A DNA stretch of 64,000 bases from an uncultured Alphaproteobacteria bacterium (GCA_963821555.1 CAWGEM010000017.1:79873-143872), one strand, 5' to 3'; counted from the first letter of the stretch, positions 1 through 11,900 are shown. Numbers and translations: made by a program. The notes: a model not told the origin generated them from the letters alone.

Positions 1-511
1 GCAGGATCGCGCCGCGCTCCACGGCTCCCACTGCGAAGCCCGCAAGATCGTAGTCGTCGCCGCGATAGACTCCCGGCATTTCGGCGGTCTCGCCACCGAC
101 CAGCGCGCAATGCGCGATGCGGCAGCCTTCGGCGACGCCGGCCACCACCGCAGCCCCGATCTTGGGATCGAGCTTGCCGCAGGCGAAGTAGTCCAGAAAG
201 AACAGCGGCTCGGCGCCCTGCACGACGAGGTCGTTGACCGACATCGCGACGAGATCGATGCCGATCGTGTTATGGATCCCGGTCTCGACCGCAATCTTGA
301 CTTTGGTTCCGACGCCGTCGGTGGCAGCCACCAGCACCGGGTCCGAATAGCCGGCGCGCTTGAGATCGAACAGGCCGCCGAAGCCGCCGATCTCCGCGTC
401 TGCGCCCGGGCGCGCCGTCGCTTTCACCAGCGGCTTGATCAGCTCCACCATGCGGTTGCCGGCATCGATGTCGACGCCGGAGGACGCATAGGTGAGGCCT
501 TTTCTGTTCAT
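1..511 (-). CDS. purM: Phosphoribosylformylglycinamidine cyclo-ligase (AIR synthase), 5' part; runs off the window start
   Basis: Manual translation from ATG at 511: [19 protein letters not shown]...GGFGGLFDL...TDGVGTK...[23 protein letters not shown]...GGETAEMPG, all PurM motifs. Confidence 0.96.
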   Translation of the reverse strand, partial: MNRKGLTYASSGVDIDAGNRMVELIKPLVKATARPGADAEIGGFGGLFDLKRAGYSDPVLVAATDGVGTKVKIAVETGIHNTIGIDLVAMSVNDLVVQGAEPLFFLDYFACGKLDPKIGAAVVAGVAEGCRIAHCALVGGETAEMPGVYRGDDYDLAGFAVGAVERGAIL

Positions 512-596
512 GTCCGTGCCTACGTCGGAATCGAATCGTGCGCAATGGCCCGATCGCCGATATACTCAAGGCGCAAACGCAAAAACGCGCTGGCCA

Positions 597-760
597 CTAG
601 TGTCCCGAACCCGAAGTTCGCACCATGGCGCAGCAGGCTCTTTGCGAACTTCGGGTTCGAAGGACACTAGAAGACCTAAAGTTTCTAGTGTCGCTTTGGT
701 TCGGAAGTTCGCTCCGGAGCAAGCTGCGGATTCAAGCGAACTTCCGAACCGCGACACTAG
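597..760. repeat. CTAG-bounded double-hairpin intergenic element, copy A (MITE/CIR/RIME-like)
   Basis: Two imperfect palindromes 597-670 and 685-760, each starting and ending with CTAG and containing GAAGTTC...GAACTTC. Confidence 0.85.
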
Positions 761-798
761 AAGCCAACCGGCGCGACTGCCGGCCGGGACCGAAACAC

Positions 799-1344
799 TT
801 GAGCATTCCGAATCTCATTACGCTGGCGCGTATTCTGTTGGTGCCGGTGGTGGTCTGGGCCATAGCCACGGGCCAGATCCACTGGGCCTTCCTGCTGTTC
901 CTGGCCGCCGCGATCAGCGACGCGGTCGACGGCTTCCTCGCCAAGCGTTTTGGCATGACGAGCGTGCTTGGCGCTTATCTCGATCCGCTGGCCGACAAGG
1001 TACTGATCGTGTCGATCTACGTCACGCTCGGCATCACCGGGGTGATCCCGCTGTGGATTGTCATCCTTGTGGTATCGCGCGACATCATGATCGTCGGAGC
1101 GATCCTGCTGTCGTGGCTGGTAGACCGGCCGGTCAAGATCAAGCCGCACATGGTCTCCAAGCTCAACACCGCGGCACAGATCATCTACGCGGGCCTCGTG
1201 CTTGCGTCGCGCGGCTACGATTTCAGCGCGGAACCGGTGTTGACACTGGTGATGGCGCTGGTCGCGATCTTGACCTTGCTGTCGGTCGGCTTCTATCTCG
1301 CCGATTGGGTGCGCCACATGAATTCGGCGGAAGCCGGACACTAG
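799..1344 (+). CDS. CDP-alcohol phosphatidyltransferase (PgsA/cardiolipin synthase-like)
   Basis: IPNLITLARI and DAVDGFLAKRFGMTSVLGAYLDPLADK motif; TTG start at 799 inferred. Confidence 0.92.
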   Translation: MSIPNLITLARILLVPVVVWAIATGQIHWAFLLFLAAAISDAVDGFLAKRFGMTSVLGAYLDPLADKVLIVSIYVTLGITGVIPLWIVILVVSRDIMIVGAILLSWLVDRPVKIKPHMVSKLNTAAQIIYAGLVLASRGYDFSAEPVLTLVMALVAILTLLSVGFYLADWVRHMNSAEAGH

Positions 1345-1375
1345 TGCGGGCGCAACCGGGCGGCGGGTGCTGCTG

Positions 1376-1423
1376 ATGGCGCTCGGGCGCCAGGTGACGT
1401 TCACCGGCGGGGAGCGGTGCTGA
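1376..1423 (+). pseudogene. Putative deletion scar of an AI-2E/PerM-family permease (15-codon mini-ORF MALGRQVTFTGGERC)
   Basis: Mini-ORF lies where an AI-2E permease normally sits between the phosphatidyltransferase and hdaA; its start resembles that family's N-terminus (from memory). Confidence 0.45.
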
Positions 1424-1426
1424 GCC

Positions 1427-2119
1427 ATGGCGAGTCCCACGACCACGCCGAACGTGGGCGCCCGGCAGCTCGCACTTGCGCTCGATCACGCTGTGAGCTT
1501 CGCGCGCGAGGATTTCTTGGCCGGTCCTTCCAACGCGGCGGCGCTGGCGATGGTCGAGCGCTGGCCGGATTGGCCGGACCGGATTGCCGTGCTGACCGGC
1601 CCGGAAGGCTCCGGCAAGAGCCATCTCGCCGCGATCTGGTCGCAGGCCGCCGGCGCCCGTTTTGTTGCGGGCCGTGCGCTCGAAATCGGCCGTCTTCCAT
1701 TCACGCTCGTGACCGGCGCGCTTGTGGTCGAGGACCTTGCCGCGGGCCAGTTCGAGGAGCGAGCAATGTTCCACCTGCTCAATCTCGCACGCGAGCAGCG
1801 CGCGTTCGTGTTGATCACCGCGCGTGACAATCCGGCGGCGTGGCCCGTCGGGATTGCCGATCTCGCCTCGCGCCTGCGGTCGCTGCCGTCGGTGGCGTTG
1901 ACCGCGCCCGACGACGCGCTGCTGCGGGCGGTCATCGTCAAGCTGTTTTCCGATCGCCAGCTCGTCGTCGAACCCGATCTCGTGCCATTCCTCGCCGCTC
2001 GGATCGAGCGCTCGTTCGTGGGCGCGCGAGGCGCAATCGAGAGGCTCGATTGCGAGGCGCTCCGCCGCAAACGGCCGGTCAACCGCGCTCTTGCTGGGGA
2101 ATTGTTTCGCGAGCCTTGA
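1427..2119 (+). CDS. hdaA: DnaA regulatory inactivator HdaA
   Basis: N-terminal clamp-binding QLALAL, Walker [17 protein letters not shown]; position upstream of ppk. Confidence 0.9.
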   Translation: MASPTTTPNVGARQLALALDHAVSFAREDFLAGPSNAAALAMVERWPDWPDRIAVLTGPEGSGKSHLAAIWSQAAGARFVAGRALEIGRLPFTLVTGALVVEDLAAGQFEERAMFHLLNLAREQRAFVLITARDNPAAWPVGIADLASRLRSLPSVALTAPDDALLRAVIVKLFSDRQLVVEPDLVPFLAARIERSFVGARGAIERLDCEALRRKRPVNRALAGELFREP

Positions 2120-2172
2120 CGGCCGGGCGACCGCGGGCTCATGTCATTGCCGAGTCACACAAGACGGTCATC

Positions 2173-4440
2173 ATGGATCGTCACATAACTGTCGCAAATC
2201 CGACGGACTCAAACGGCATGAACGATCGCGCCCAACTCTCTGTGGTGGAAGCAAAATCTGCTGCTGCGACGGGCCCCGAAGCGGCCGCCGTGACGCCGCT
2301 GCCGGCCGATCTCGCCACAAGCCCGGAGCGGTTCATCAACCGGGAGTTGTCGTGGCTGCACTTCAATCGCCGCGTGCTGGAGGAGGCGGCCAATCCGCAG
2401 CATCCGCTGTTCGAGAAGGTCCGCTTCCTGTCGATTTCGGCCAACAATCTCGATGAATTCTTCATGGTCCGCGTCGCCGGCCTGAAGGGCCAGGTGCGAG
2501 CGGGGATCGCGACTAAGAGTCCGGATGGGCTCACGCCCGGCGAGCAGCTTGTGCGCATCGGGGAAGCGGTATCGGGCCTCGCCAGCGACCAGCAGGCGCG
2601 CTGGCGCGAGCTGCGCGAGGAATTGCGCGAGCAAAACATCGTCATGGTCGACGGCGACAGCCTGAAGAAGGCCGACCGCACCTGGCTCGAAGATTATTTT
2701 CTCCGCTACATTTTCCCGGTGCTGACGCCGCTTGCGATCGATCCGGCACATCCATTCCCGTTCATTCCGAACCTCGGCTTCACCATTGCGCTGCAGCTCG
2801 CGCGTACCAGCGACGGCAAGGCGATGAACGCCTTGATCCGCGTGCCGCAGAAGATCGACCGCTTCATCCGCCTGCCGACGACTCCGGAGAACGGCGCGGC
2901 AAGGCTGATGACGCTCGAGCAGGCCACCGGCCTTTTTATCCCTCGGCTGTTCCCGGGCTACGCGGTCAAGGGCCGCGGCGCGTTCCGCATCGTGCGCGAC
3001 TCCGACGTCGAGGTGGAAGAAGAGGCCGAAGACCTGGTCCGGCTGTTCGAGAGCGCACTCAAGCGCCGGCGTCGCGGCTCGGTGATACGGCTCGAGATTG
3101 AGGCGGCGATGCCGGTCGAACTGCGCCGCTTCGTGCAGCGCGCGCTGGCGGTTGCCGACGACGAGGTGTTCATCGTCGAGGGCATGCTGGCGCTGAGCGA
3201 ACTGTCACAACTGATGGCGATCGATCGCCCCGACCTCGAATTCGTGCCGTACAATCCGCGCTTTCCCGAGCGCATCCGCGACCACGCCGGCGATTGCCTG
3301 GCCGCGATCCGTCAGAAGGATCTGATCGTCCACCATCCGTACGAGTCGTTCGACGTGGTCGTGCAGTTCCTGCAGCAGGCGGCGCGGGATCCCGACGTGA
3401 TTGCGATCAAGCAGACGCTGTACCGGACCTCCAAGGACAGCCCGATCGTGCGCACGCTGGTGGAGGCGGCGGAGGCCGGCAAGTCCGTGACCGCGGTGGT
3501 CGAACTCAAGGCGCGCTTCGACGAGGAGGCCAACATTCGCTGGGCGCGCGACCTGGAACGCGCCGGTGCGCAGGTGGTCTACGGCTTCTTCGAATTGAAA
3601 ACCCACTCCAAGTTGTCGCAGGTGGTGCGTCGCGAAGGCGGGCAGCTCGTATCCTACGTCCACGTCGGCACCGGCAACTACCATCCGGTGACCGCGCGCA
3701 TTTACACCGACCTGTCGTTTTTCACCTCCGATCCGGTGATCGCGCGCGATGTCGGTCGCGTCTTCAATTTCGTTACCGGCTACGCGCAGCCGGCCGAGCT
3801 CGAGAAGATGGCGGTGTCGCCGGTCAACCTGCGCAAGCGCATTTGCGACCACATTGCCGAGGAGATCGCGCACGCCAAGGCCGGCCGGCCGGCGGCGATC
3901 TGGATGAAGGACAACGCGCTTGTCGATCCCGAGATCATCGACCGGCTGTACGACGCCTCGCGCGCAGGCGTTGCGATCGACCTCGTGGTGCGCGGCATCT
4001 GTTGTCTGCGGCCGGGGTTGCCGGGGCTGTCGGAGAATATCCGGGTGAAGTCGATCGTCGGACGCTTCCTGGAGCACAGCCGCGTCTATTGCTTCGGCGC
4101 AGGTTATGGCCTGCCGCATCCCAAGGCCGCGGTCTACATCTCATCGGCCGACATGATGCCGCGTAACCTCGACCGCCGGGTCGAGGCGCTGTGCCCGATC
4201 CTCAATCCCACGGTGCACGAGCAGGTTCTCGACCAGATCATGATTGCAAATTTCAAGGACAATGAGCAGAGCTGGAAGCTCCTGCCTGACGGGTCGTCCG
4301 AGCGCGTCAAGCCGGGACCGGGCGAAGAGCCTTTCAACGTGCACAAGTATTTCATGACCAACCCGAGCCTGTCCGGCCGCGGCAAGTCGTTCAAGGAATC
4401 GTCGCCCCGCAGCCTGACCCGGCGAGCCGAACGTGCTTGA
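2173..4440 (+). CDS. ppk1: Polyphosphate kinase 1
   Basis: [53 protein letters not shown]; start could alternatively be 2218. Confidence 0.97.
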   Translation: MDRHITVANPTDSNGMNDRAQLSVVEAKSAAATGPEAAAVTPLPADLATSPERFINRELSWLHFNRRVLEEAANPQHPLFEKVRFLSISANNLDEFFMVRVAGLKGQVRAGIATKSPDGLTPGEQLVRIGEAVSGLASDQQARWRELREELREQNIVMVDGDSLKKADRTWLEDYFLRYIFPVLTPLAIDPAHPFPFIPNLGFTIALQLARTSDGKAMNALIRVPQKIDRFIRLPTTPENGAARLMTLEQATGLFIPRLFPGYAVKGRGAFRIVRDSDVEVEEEAEDLVRLFESALKRRRRGSVIRLEIEAAMPVELRRFVQRALAVADDEVFIVEGMLALSELSQLMAIDRPDLEFVPYNPRFPERIRDHAGDCLAAIRQKDLIVHHPYESFDVVVQFLQQAARDPDVIAIKQTLYRTSKDSPIVRTLVEAAEAGKSVTAVVELKARFDEEANIRWARDLERAGAQVVYGFFELKTHSKLSQVVRREGGQLVSYVHVGTGNYHPVTARIYTDLSFFTSDPVIARDVGRVFNFVTGYAQPAELEKMAVSPVNLRKRICDHIAEEIAHAKAGRPAAIWMKDNALVDPEIIDRLYDASRAGVAIDLVVRGICCLRPGLPGLSENIRVKSIVGRFLEHSRVYCFGAGYGLPHPKAAVYISSADMMPRNLDRRVEALCPILNPTVHEQVLDQIMIANFKDNEQSWKLLPDGSSERVKPGPGEEPFNVHKYFMTNPSLSGRGKSFKESSPRSLTRRAERA

Positions 4441-5965
4441 GAAGGTACCGCTTGAAACAGCAGTGGCGCAGGGGCGGCTCAACCACGGGCCGCCGGTCGC
4501 CGTCATCGACATCGGGTCAAACTCGGTGCGTCTCGTGGTCTACGAGGGCATAACCCGAAGCCCGACGGCGCTGTTTAACGAAAAGACGCTGGCCGGGCTC
4601 GGGCGCGAGGTGCAGACCAAGGGCCTGCTCGCCCCCGATGCGATCGAAATGGCACTCAGCGCGCTCAAGCGCTTCCGCGCGCTCTGCGACGCGATGCGGG
4701 TGGAGCGGCTCTGGGTGCTTGCCACTGCAGCCTCGCGCGATGCCCGCAACGGCCGCGATTTCATCGCCGCCGCCGAGCGCATCTGCCGTGCCAAGATCGA
4801 CGTCATCTCCGGCCAGCGCGAGGCGCAGCTCACCGCGCTTGGCGTCGTATCCGGCTTCCATCGGCCGGACGGCATCGTGGGCGACCTCGGCGGCGGCTCG
4901 CTCGAACTGGTCGACGTGCATGGCAGCCGTATCAAGACCGGCATCACGCTGCCGCTCGGCGGGCTGGCGCTGCAGGACAAGTCGGCGAAGTCGCTCAAGA
5001 GGGCGGAGAAGATCGTCAAGACCGCTATCTCGTCGTTGCCGCAGCTCAGGGATGGCAAGGGCAGGGCATTCTACGCGGTCGGAGGGACCTGGCGTGCGCT
5101 GGCGCGGCTGCACATGTGGCAGACCGGCTATCCGCTGCATGTCATGCACGGTTACGTCATCCGCGCCAGGGAAGCGCTGGAGTTTTCGCGCCTGGTACGC
5201 CGGGTCAATCCGGAGACGCTGTCGCAGATCGAGGCGGTGGCCGATGCCCGGCGGCCGTTGCTCGCCTATGCGGCGCTGGTGCTCGAAAACATCGTGCGCG
5301 AGGCCGAGCCCAAGGAGGTCGTATTCTCCGCACTCGGCGTGCGCGAAGGTCTTTTGTACTCGCTGCTCGACGCCGAGGAGCGGCGCAAGGATGCGCTGTT
5401 CGCCGCCGCGCAGGACCTCAATCTGCTGCGCTCGCGCTCGCCGCGGCACTGCGAGGAATTGGCCGACTGGACCGATCAGTTCATGGCGTCGTCGGGAATC
5501 GACGAGACCGCCGAAGAGCGTCGGCTGCGCCATGCCGCCTGCCTCCTGGCCGATATCGGCTGGCGGGCGCATCCCGATTATCGCGGCGAGCAGTCGCTGA
5601 ACGTCATCGCCCATGCCGCGTTCGTCGGCCTCGATCATCCGGGCCGCGCATTTCTCGCGCTCGCGGTGTTCTTCCGACACGTTGGCCTCGCGCACGACGA
5701 GGAGCTTTCGCCGCGGCTGCGCGAACTGGTCTCGACCCGGGCGCTGGACCGCGCCCGCGTGCTCGGCGCCTCCATGCGGGTGGCCTACTTGGTTTCGGCC
5801 TCGCAGCCCGGCGTTCTGCCGAAGACGCCGCTCAAGGTCGAGCGGCACCGCCTCGTGCTCCGGCTTGCCGGCGACTGCGCCGCGCTCGCCGGCGAGCGCG
5901 TGTTCGCAAGGCTCCGCCAACTGGCGCGGCTGGTCGGTCGCGAGCCGGTGATTTTGACCGACTAA
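4433..5965 (+). CDS. ppx: Exopolyphosphatase (Ppx/GppA family)
   Basis: [28 protein letters not shown]; overlaps the ppk1 stop. Confidence 0.95.
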   Translation: MLEKVPLETAVAQGRLNHGPPVAVIDIGSNSVRLVVYEGITRSPTALFNEKTLAGLGREVQTKGLLAPDAIEMALSALKRFRALCDAMRVERLWVLATAASRDARNGRDFIAAAERICRAKIDVISGQREAQLTALGVVSGFHRPDGIVGDLGGGSLELVDVHGSRIKTGITLPLGGLALQDKSAKSLKRAEKIVKTAISSLPQLRDGKGRAFYAVGGTWRALARLHMWQTGYPLHVMHGYVIRAREALEFSRLVRRVNPETLSQIEAVADARRPLLAYAALVLENIVREAEPKEVVFSALGVREGLLYSLLDAEERRKDALFAAAQDLNLLRSRSPRHCEELADWTDQFMASSGIDETAEERRLRHAACLLADIGWRAHPDYRGEQSLNVIAHAAFVGLDHPGRAFLALAVFFRHVGLAHDEELSPRLRELVSTRALDRARVLGASMRVAYLVSASQPGVLPKTPLKVERHRLVLRLAGDCAALAGERVFARLRQLARLVGREPVILTD

Positions 5966-6013
5966 GGCGCTGCCCGGGACGGTCTCTCGATCTCAGGCGG
6001 GATATCCGACGTC

Positions 6014-7231
6014 ATGGGGCTTGTGTTCGAGAACGACCTTCACGACGAATTCGGGACCTGGCCGGTCGCCTACATCCCCTTTGGCGGGCCGGACTTCGGT
6101 GAAATCCGGGCGGTTGGTCGTGCGGTCGGCGCCGGCGATGACACTGCGTTCTACGACGCCTGGGTGGCAGCCGGTGACAGGGTCGCGGCGGAAGCGGCGT
6201 CGGCCGCTACCCGCGGCCACCGGTCGAGCGCTCGCGACCTGTTCCTGCGGGCGAGTGCGTTCTATGCCGCCTCCTACCACCTGCTTTACGGCGCTCCGGT
6301 GGACCCGCGACTGGTGGCGGCTTTCCAAAAGCAGATGGCGGCGTTTGAGCAAGGTCTGGAACTCTTCGATCCGCCCGTGCTTCCGATGCGGATACCGTTC
6401 GAAGGCGCATCGATGCCTGCGTATTTCATCCCGGCCATCGGGCGCGCGGAGGACGTTCGGCCGACCCTCATCCTGACCAACGGCTACGACGCGACCATTA
6501 CGGACATGTATTTCGCTTCGGCCGTGGCAGCGTTGCGGCGCGGCTACCATTGCCTCGTCTTCGACGGCCCCGGCCAAGGCGGAATGCTCTACCTGCAAGG
6601 CATCCATCTGCGCGCCGACTGGGAGACGGTCGTGCGCGCCGTGGTCGACTTCGCCCTCAAGATACCGGCCGTGGACCCTGCCCGGATCGCGCTCAGCGGC
6701 GGGAGCCTCGGCGGATATCTCGCGCCGCGCGCGGCATCGGGCGAGCCGCGGCTGGCTGCCTGCATCGCCGATCCCGGTCTGTGGGGGATCGCCGACGCCT
6801 TCCGCGGGTTTGCGGTCAAACTTGGCGCCACGCCGCAGGCGGCCGCAAAATTGAGCGAGCTCGATCAATCGGTTCTCGACCGCGTGACGCAGGTGGTCAC
6901 CGGCGATCCGATGATGCGCTGGAAGGTGGTCCAGCGGGGCTATTGGGTCCATGGTGTCGACAATCTGCGCGACTATCTGCGCTCCGCCGAGCAGTTCACG
7001 ATGGACGGACGCGCGGAAGCGATCCGGTGCCCGACGTTGATGACCATGGCAGAGAATGATCTCTTGGCGGCGGGGGCGCAGGCGTTCTTTGACAAGCTGC
7101 GTTGTCCGAACAAGCTGCTGCTTCGGTTCAGCGCCGCTGAAGGCGCCGACGGCCATTGCGAAATGATGAACCGCTCGCTGCTGAACCGCCGCGTTCTGGA
7201 CTGGCTCGACGACACGCTGCGCGTCACCTGA
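6014..7231 (+). CDS. Alpha/beta hydrolase (S9-like / 2,6-dihydropseudooxynicotine hydrolase-like)
   Basis: FDGPGQG, nucleophile elbow GGSLGGY, C-terminal EGADGHCE. Confidence 0.8.
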   Translation: MGLVFENDLHDEFGTWPVAYIPFGGPDFGEIRAVGRAVGAGDDTAFYDAWVAAGDRVAAEAASAATRGHRSSARDLFLRASAFYAASYHLLYGAPVDPRLVAAFQKQMAAFEQGLELFDPPVLPMRIPFEGASMPAYFIPAIGRAEDVRPTLILTNGYDATITDMYFASAVAALRRGYHCLVFDGPGQGGMLYLQGIHLRADWETVVRAVVDFALKIPAVDPARIALSGGSLGGYLAPRAASGEPRLAACIADPGLWGIADAFRGFAVKLGATPQAAAKLSELDQSVLDRVTQVVTGDPMMRWKVVQRGYWVHGVDNLRDYLRSAEQFTMDGRAEAIRCPTLMTMAENDLLAAGAQAFFDKLRCPNKLLLRFSAAEGADGHCEMMNRSLLNRRVLDWLDDTLRVT

Positions 7232-7252
7232 CATAGGCCGCACTGCCTACGC

Positions 7253-7924
7253 CTAGTTTGGCAGGACGTCCGGTCGACGGAAATTGTCGATCAGAATGTA
7301 TGCGCTCATGAGCAGCACCCATATCGGCAGCACCATGAAGCTCCAGTTGATGTAGAAGCTGCCGATGAGCAGGATCAGCGCGAGCAGATACCCGAGATAC
7401 GCGATCCAGCGCGGGATGAATTTGGTGCGAAGCGCGAGCGTCGATGTCGTGATCATGAATACGCCGGCCATCTTGATCGCGTAGACGTTCATGATGATGT
7501 AGGCCGTCGCGCGAGCGAAACGGAACGTCGCCGAGTTGATCAGTTCATCGGGTCGCGACGCCACCGCGACCAGCACGACCGCACCGATGATCGCAGCGGC
7601 TGCGAACAGCATGGCGAGAAACAACAGGCCGCTGCCCAAAAACACCGTCGCGAAAAAGCGATCCTCGAGCCGGCCGAGCCGGTCGCGCAGCACGCCGATG
7701 AACCACAAGAAGGCGATGCCGGCAAAGGGTACCAGATTCAGCGCGACGGTGACCTTGTAGCCGCTGGTGGCGAGCCAGGCCCCGGATTCCAGCGGATCGG
7801 CCGGGATAGAGACCCGGACCAGCCAGAAAAACGTGATCAGAAGAACGGAAAAGATGATCCCGGCCAGAGCGGCGGCCTTGGGAGTCCTGAGGTTCGCGTG
7901 AGCGAGGGGGGCGTCCTGCGGCAT
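7253..7924 (-). CDS. Conserved multi-pass membrane protein
   Basis: LRTPKAAALAGIIFS...PFAGIAFLWFIGVLRDRLG; about 6 hydrophobic segments; start at ATG 7924 inferred. Confidence 0.75.
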   Translation of the reverse strand: MPQDAPLAHANLRTPKAAALAGIIFSVLLITFFWLVRVSIPADPLESGAWLATSGYKVTVALNLVPFAGIAFLWFIGVLRDRLGRLEDRFFATVFLGSGLLFLAMLFAAAAIIGAVVLVAVASRPDELINSATFRFARATAYIIMNVYAIKMAGVFMITTSTLALRTKFIPRWIAYLGYLLALILLIGSFYINWSFMVLPIWVLLMSAYILIDNFRRPDVLPN

Positions 7925-8019
7925 GGCGAAACCCGTGACGCGCGCGTTGACGCACATTGCTCCATGATTTTGACGGCGGGGCAAGCTTCGAGGCAGGCCC
8001 TCGCTGGCGTCGTCCCAGT

Positions 8020-9171
8020 CTATTTGTCGCGGTCGACCGTGACGACGCGGCTGCGCTCGATCGCGAGCGCGAGCCGCCCGTGCTTGAGGTCGAGCGCCCT
8101 TTCGCCGAACAGTTCGCGCCGCCAGCCCTTGAGCGCCGCCACGTCGGCGTGGTCGTCGGCTGCGATCCGGTCGAGGTCGTCGACGGTCGCGATCACTTTG
8201 GCGGCGACACCATGGCTTTCCGAAGTCATCCGCAGCAGCACCTTGAGCAGTTCGACCGTGGCCGAACCGTTCGGCGCGGGCTTCACGCGATCGATCTGTG
8301 GAAGCGTGCGGGGATCGCGCGCGAGCCCACGCTTGACCGCGTCCAGGATGCCGTCGCCCCACTTGGACCGTTCGAATCCCTTTGGCAGCGAGCGCAGCGC
8401 GGCAAGCCGCTCGGTCGTGGTCGGCGCCTGCACCGCGATATCGCCGACGGTGTCGTCCTTGAGCACACGCGAGCGCGGTACGTCGCGGGTCTGCGCCTCG
8501 CGCTCGCGCCAGGCCGCGACCTCGATCAGGACGGCCAGTTCCTTCGGCTTGCGGACGCGGGTCTTCAGCCGCATCCAGGCGCGCTCGGGCTCGGCGCGAT
8601 AGGTGTCGGGCGAGGTCAACACCTCCATCTCGTCGTCCATCCAGTCGGTGCGGCCGCGCCGGCCGAGATCGGCGACGAGCGACAGATAGACCTCTCGCAG
8701 ATGGGTAACATCGGAGGCGGCGTAGGCGAGCTGCGCGTGCGACAGCGGGCGTCGGGTCCAGTCGGTGAAGCGGTGCGACTTGTCGAGCGAGTCGCCGGTG
8801 ATGCGCTGCACAAGCTGGTCGTAGGAGATGGAGTCGCCGTGGCCCAGCACCATGGCCGCTACCTGAGTGTCAAACAGGGGGTGCGGGATGATGTTGGCCC
8901 GGTGCCAGACGATCTCGATGTCCTGCCGGGCGGCGTGAAAGACCTTCAGCACGCGCTGATTTGCCATCAGATCGAAGAACGGCTTGAGATCGATGCCGTG
9001 CGCGAGCGCATCGATCGCGACCACCTCGTCCGGCCCCGCCATCTGCGCGACGCACAGCAGCGGGTAGTAGGTGGTCTCGCGCAGAAATTCGGTGTCGATG
9101 GTGACGAAGGGGTGGTGCGAAAGCCGTTCGCAGGCGGCCGCCAGCGCGCCCGTCGTTGTGATCAAATCCAT
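8020..9171 (-). CDS. rnd: Ribonuclease D
   Basis: [45 protein letters not shown] region. Confidence 0.96.
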   Translation of the reverse strand: MDLITTTGALAAACERLSHHPFVTIDTEFLRETTYYPLLCVAQMAGPDEVVAIDALAHGIDLKPFFDLMANQRVLKVFHAARQDIEIVWHRANIIPHPLFDTQVAAMVLGHGDSISYDQLVQRITGDSLDKSHRFTDWTRRPLSHAQLAYAASDVTHLREVYLSLVADLGRRGRTDWMDDEMEVLTSPDTYRAEPERAWMRLKTRVRKPKELAVLIEVAAWREREAQTRDVPRSRVLKDDTVGDIAVQAPTTTERLAALRSLPKGFERSKWGDGILDAVKRGLARDPRTLPQIDRVKPAPNGSATVELLKVLLRMTSESHGVAAKVIATVDDLDRIAADDHADVAALKGWRRELFGERALDLKHGRLALAIERSRVVTVDRDK

Positions 9172-9212
9172 GGTGCTACATAGCGGAGTCGAGATGGCTT
9201 GTCGCGACGACA

Positions 9213-10880
9213 TTACAGCCCCCGGACGCGCGGCATGTGGAGGTAAGGCCAGGGCGACGGGAAGCTGCCGACCGGCACCTCGATCAGCGTCGGCCCGTCA
9301 CGCCGCTTGAGCGCGCGTCGCAGCGCCATCCGCAGTTCGTCGGGCGAGCGCGCGCGCTCGCCGGCGGCGCCGAAACTCTCGGCAAACCGGACGAAGTCCG
9401 GATTGGCGAGGTCGCTCGCGATCAGCCGGTTGCCGAAGCGCTCCTGCTGGATACGCCGGACGTTGCCGAAGGCGCCGTCGGCGAACACGATCGCCGTGAG
9501 CGGGATGCGGTGGCGGACCGCCGTCGCCATTTCGTTGGCGGTGAACAGAAAACCGCCGTCGCCCGAGATCGATACCACCGGTGTGTTGGGCATCGCGTCC
9601 TGTACGCCGAGCGAGGTGGCAAAGCCCCATCCGAGATTGTCCTGATAGCCAGGCGACAGGAAGGTGCGCGGCTTGTACACCGGCAGCGCAAGACGGGCTG
9701 CGAAGCCGACTTGCGTCACCTCGTCCACGAAAATGCCGTCTTCCGGTAGCTCGGCGCGGATCGCATCGACGTAGGCGACTTGGGGCAGCGCTTCGAATTT
9801 GGCCCGCCAGGCCTGCTGGTGCCGATCCATCTCGGCGCGGCGCGAGGTGCGCTTGCCGCTGTACGCGGGCAGGAGGTCGATGAGCCGGCGCAGAACCCGC
9901 ATGGCGTCGCCGATCAGCGCCGCCGCGGGCTTGTGCAGGCGTCCCGGCTCCGCTGGGTCAGCGTCGACGCGGATCACTTTGAGGTCGCGGTCGATGCCCC
10001 ACTGCCGGAACTGGATCAGCATGCGGGTGCCGACGCCCAGCACCACGTCGGTCTGTGGCCACAGCGCATGGGCGAGCGGCATCGTCACGCTCAGTGGATC
10101 GCGGCTGTCGAGTACACCGCGGCCGCGGCGATAGCCGACAACGGGCGCCTGCAGCATGGCGGAGAGTTCGGTCACTTCGGCTGACGCATCCTGCGCGCCG
10201 CCGCCGCAGACGATCATTGGGTTGCGCGCGGCGCCAAGGAGCTTCGCTGCCTTGCGCAGCGCGGTTTCGTTGAGTTCGGGCTCGCGCACCGGAAGCGGCC
10301 GCTGTTCGGTGACAGCGCCGTCCTCGCCCCACACGTCGATCGCGCACTGCAGCGAGGCAGGCCCCGGGCGTCCGCTTGCCATGGCGCGGATCGCCTCGGC
10401 GACGAGACGCGGCGCCAGCGCGGGCTTGCGGATGCGCGCAGAAAAATCGACCAGCCGCTCGATGATGCCGGCCTGGTCGCGAATCTCGTGCAAGTGGCCG
10501 AGATGGCGCCCGATGTCGCGCTCGGGGATTTCCCCGATCAGCGCCAGCACCGGGGCATTCATTGAATAGGCGGTGATCAGTGCCGCGGCCGAGTTGAGCA
10601 GCCCCGGCCCCGGCACCACCGCGTAGGCGTGCGGCTTGCCGGTCGCCAGCGCGGCACCAAGCGCCATGTAGGCTGCGCCCTGTTCGTGGCGGGTGTGGAC
10701 GGTGCGCAGGTGGTCGGAGGCCTTCGACGCCGCGTCGAACAGGAAATCGTTCTGCACGCCGGGCAACGCATAGAGCGTACCGATGCCGTGCGCGATCATC
10801 GCTGCGATGGTCGCTTCGGCGGCCGTCTTGGTGGTTGTCGCGGCGCTTGCCGCAATCGTCTTCTTCTTGGCCGGCTTCAC
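9213..10880 (-). CDS. Thiamine-pyrophosphate-dependent enzyme (acetolactate synthase-like)
   Basis: [17 protein letters not shown], ThDP motif GDGGFLF. Confidence 0.88.
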   Translation of the reverse strand: MKPAKKKTIAASAATTTKTAAEATIAAMIAHGIGTLYALPGVQNDFLFDAASKASDHLRTVHTRHEQGAAYMALGAALATGKPHAYAVVPGPGLLNSAAALITAYSMNAPVLALIGEIPERDIGRHLGHLHEIRDQAGIIERLVDFSARIRKPALAPRLVAEAIRAMASGRPGPASLQCAIDVWGEDGAVTEQRPLPVREPELNETALRKAAKLLGAARNPMIVCGGGAQDASAEVTELSAMLQAPVVGYRRGRGVLDSRDPLSVTMPLAHALWPQTDVVLGVGTRMLIQFRQWGIDRDLKVIRVDADPAEPGRLHKPAAALIGDAMRVLRRLIDLLPAYSGKRTSRRAEMDRHQQAWRAKFEALPQVAYVDAIRAELPEDGIFVDEVTQVGFAARLALPVYKPRTFLSPGYQDNLGWGFATSLGVQDAMPNTPVVSISGDGGFLFTANEMATAVRHRIPLTAIVFADGAFGNVRRIQQERFGNRLIASDLANPDFVRFAESFGAAGERARSPDELRMALRRALKRRDGPTLIEVPVGSFPSPWPYLHMPRVRGL

Positions 10881-10886
10881 GTGGTC

Positions 10887-11717
10887 CTACTTGTCCGGCA
10901 GTGCATGGATCAAGATCATGGCCTTGAGCATGTCGTCGGGTGGGACGCGACCGAAGGTCTTGGCAAGGATCGCGTCGATCTTGCCAGTGCGATAGAGCCG
11001 CGCCAGCGTGCGGTCAACCAGCAAGCGGAAGGCGCCGTCGTCGCGCGGCATTGCCAGCGCATAGGTCTCGTAGCTGAAATATTGCTTGCTGAGCTGGAAT
11101 CCCGGTCGTCCGCCCTCGTGCAGCAGCGCCGCAATAATGGCCCGGTCGGCGAAATAGGCATCGAGCTTGTCATCCGACAACAGGTCCATGCCGGCGCGGT
11201 GGTCGTTCACAGGGACGACGGTCGCGCGCAGGTTCAGTTCGGTCATCGATGCGCGCAGCACCTGCTCGGTGGTGGTACCGCCCAATACGCCGACGCGCTT
11301 GCCGGAAAGGTCCTCGAAGCGCTGTACTGGCTTGCTCACCCGCGACACGACGCTCGCACCGTCGAGAAACGTCGGCAGCGAGAAGTCGACGAGTTCGCGG
11401 CGAGCGAGCGTGACCGAGCTTGGATCGCACAGGATATCGACACGGCCGTCGCGCACCGCCTCGAAGCGGCGGTCGGCCGGCACCAGCACGTACTGGGCGC
11501 GGACCCGGGGGCCCAGCGCGGCTGCGACCTCATCGCAGAGATCGACGATGTAGCCCGCCGCCTGACCCTGGTCGTTGCGATAGGAATAGGGCTTGGCGTC
11601 GGCGCGATAGCCGATCCGCAGTACGCCCGACTGCCGCACGCGTTCGAGCGTCGCGGCGTCCGCGATCGACGGCGCGCACAGAAGCAAGAGGGCGGTCAGA
11701 ACGACCGATCGTCGCAT
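10887..11717 (-). CDS. Amino-acid ABC transporter substrate-binding protein (family 3, GltI-like)
   Basis: Signal peptide, TLERVRQSGVLRIGYR, VDFSLPTF, GTTTE. Confidence 0.88.
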   Translation of the reverse strand: MRRSVVLTALLLLCAPSIADAATLERVRQSGVLRIGYRADAKPYSYRNDQGQAAGYIVDLCDEVAAALGPRVRAQYVLVPADRRFEAVRDGRVDILCDPSSVTLARRELVDFSLPTFLDGASVVSRVSKPVQRFEDLSGKRVGVLGGTTTEQVLRASMTELNLRATVVPVNDHRAGMDLLSDDKLDAYFADRAIIAALLHEGGRPGFQLSKQYFSYETYALAMPRDDGAFRLLVDRTLARLYRTGKIDAILAKTFGRVPPDDMLKAMILIHALPDK

Positions 11718-11900
11718 TAAGACAACCTCGACGCTGCCGGCCAGTCTGAAATCAAATGCCCGGCGCCGCAATGGCGCTGGACGGACAATCCAAGGCCGCC
11801 GGGGCGAAATCGTGGCCCTTTGCTTGACAAAAACCGCCCTGCATGGCCTTGGTCCGCCGCCTCCCACACCGAATCAGTAAGAATCCCACCGGAATTGAGC

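Noticed and set aside
110-670. 186-aa plus-strand ORF and the many other long antisense ORFs (e.g. 60445..62817, 45999..47660, 4517..5920)
   Set aside because: Shadow frames of real genes on the opposite strand, expected in high-GC DNA; no motifs.
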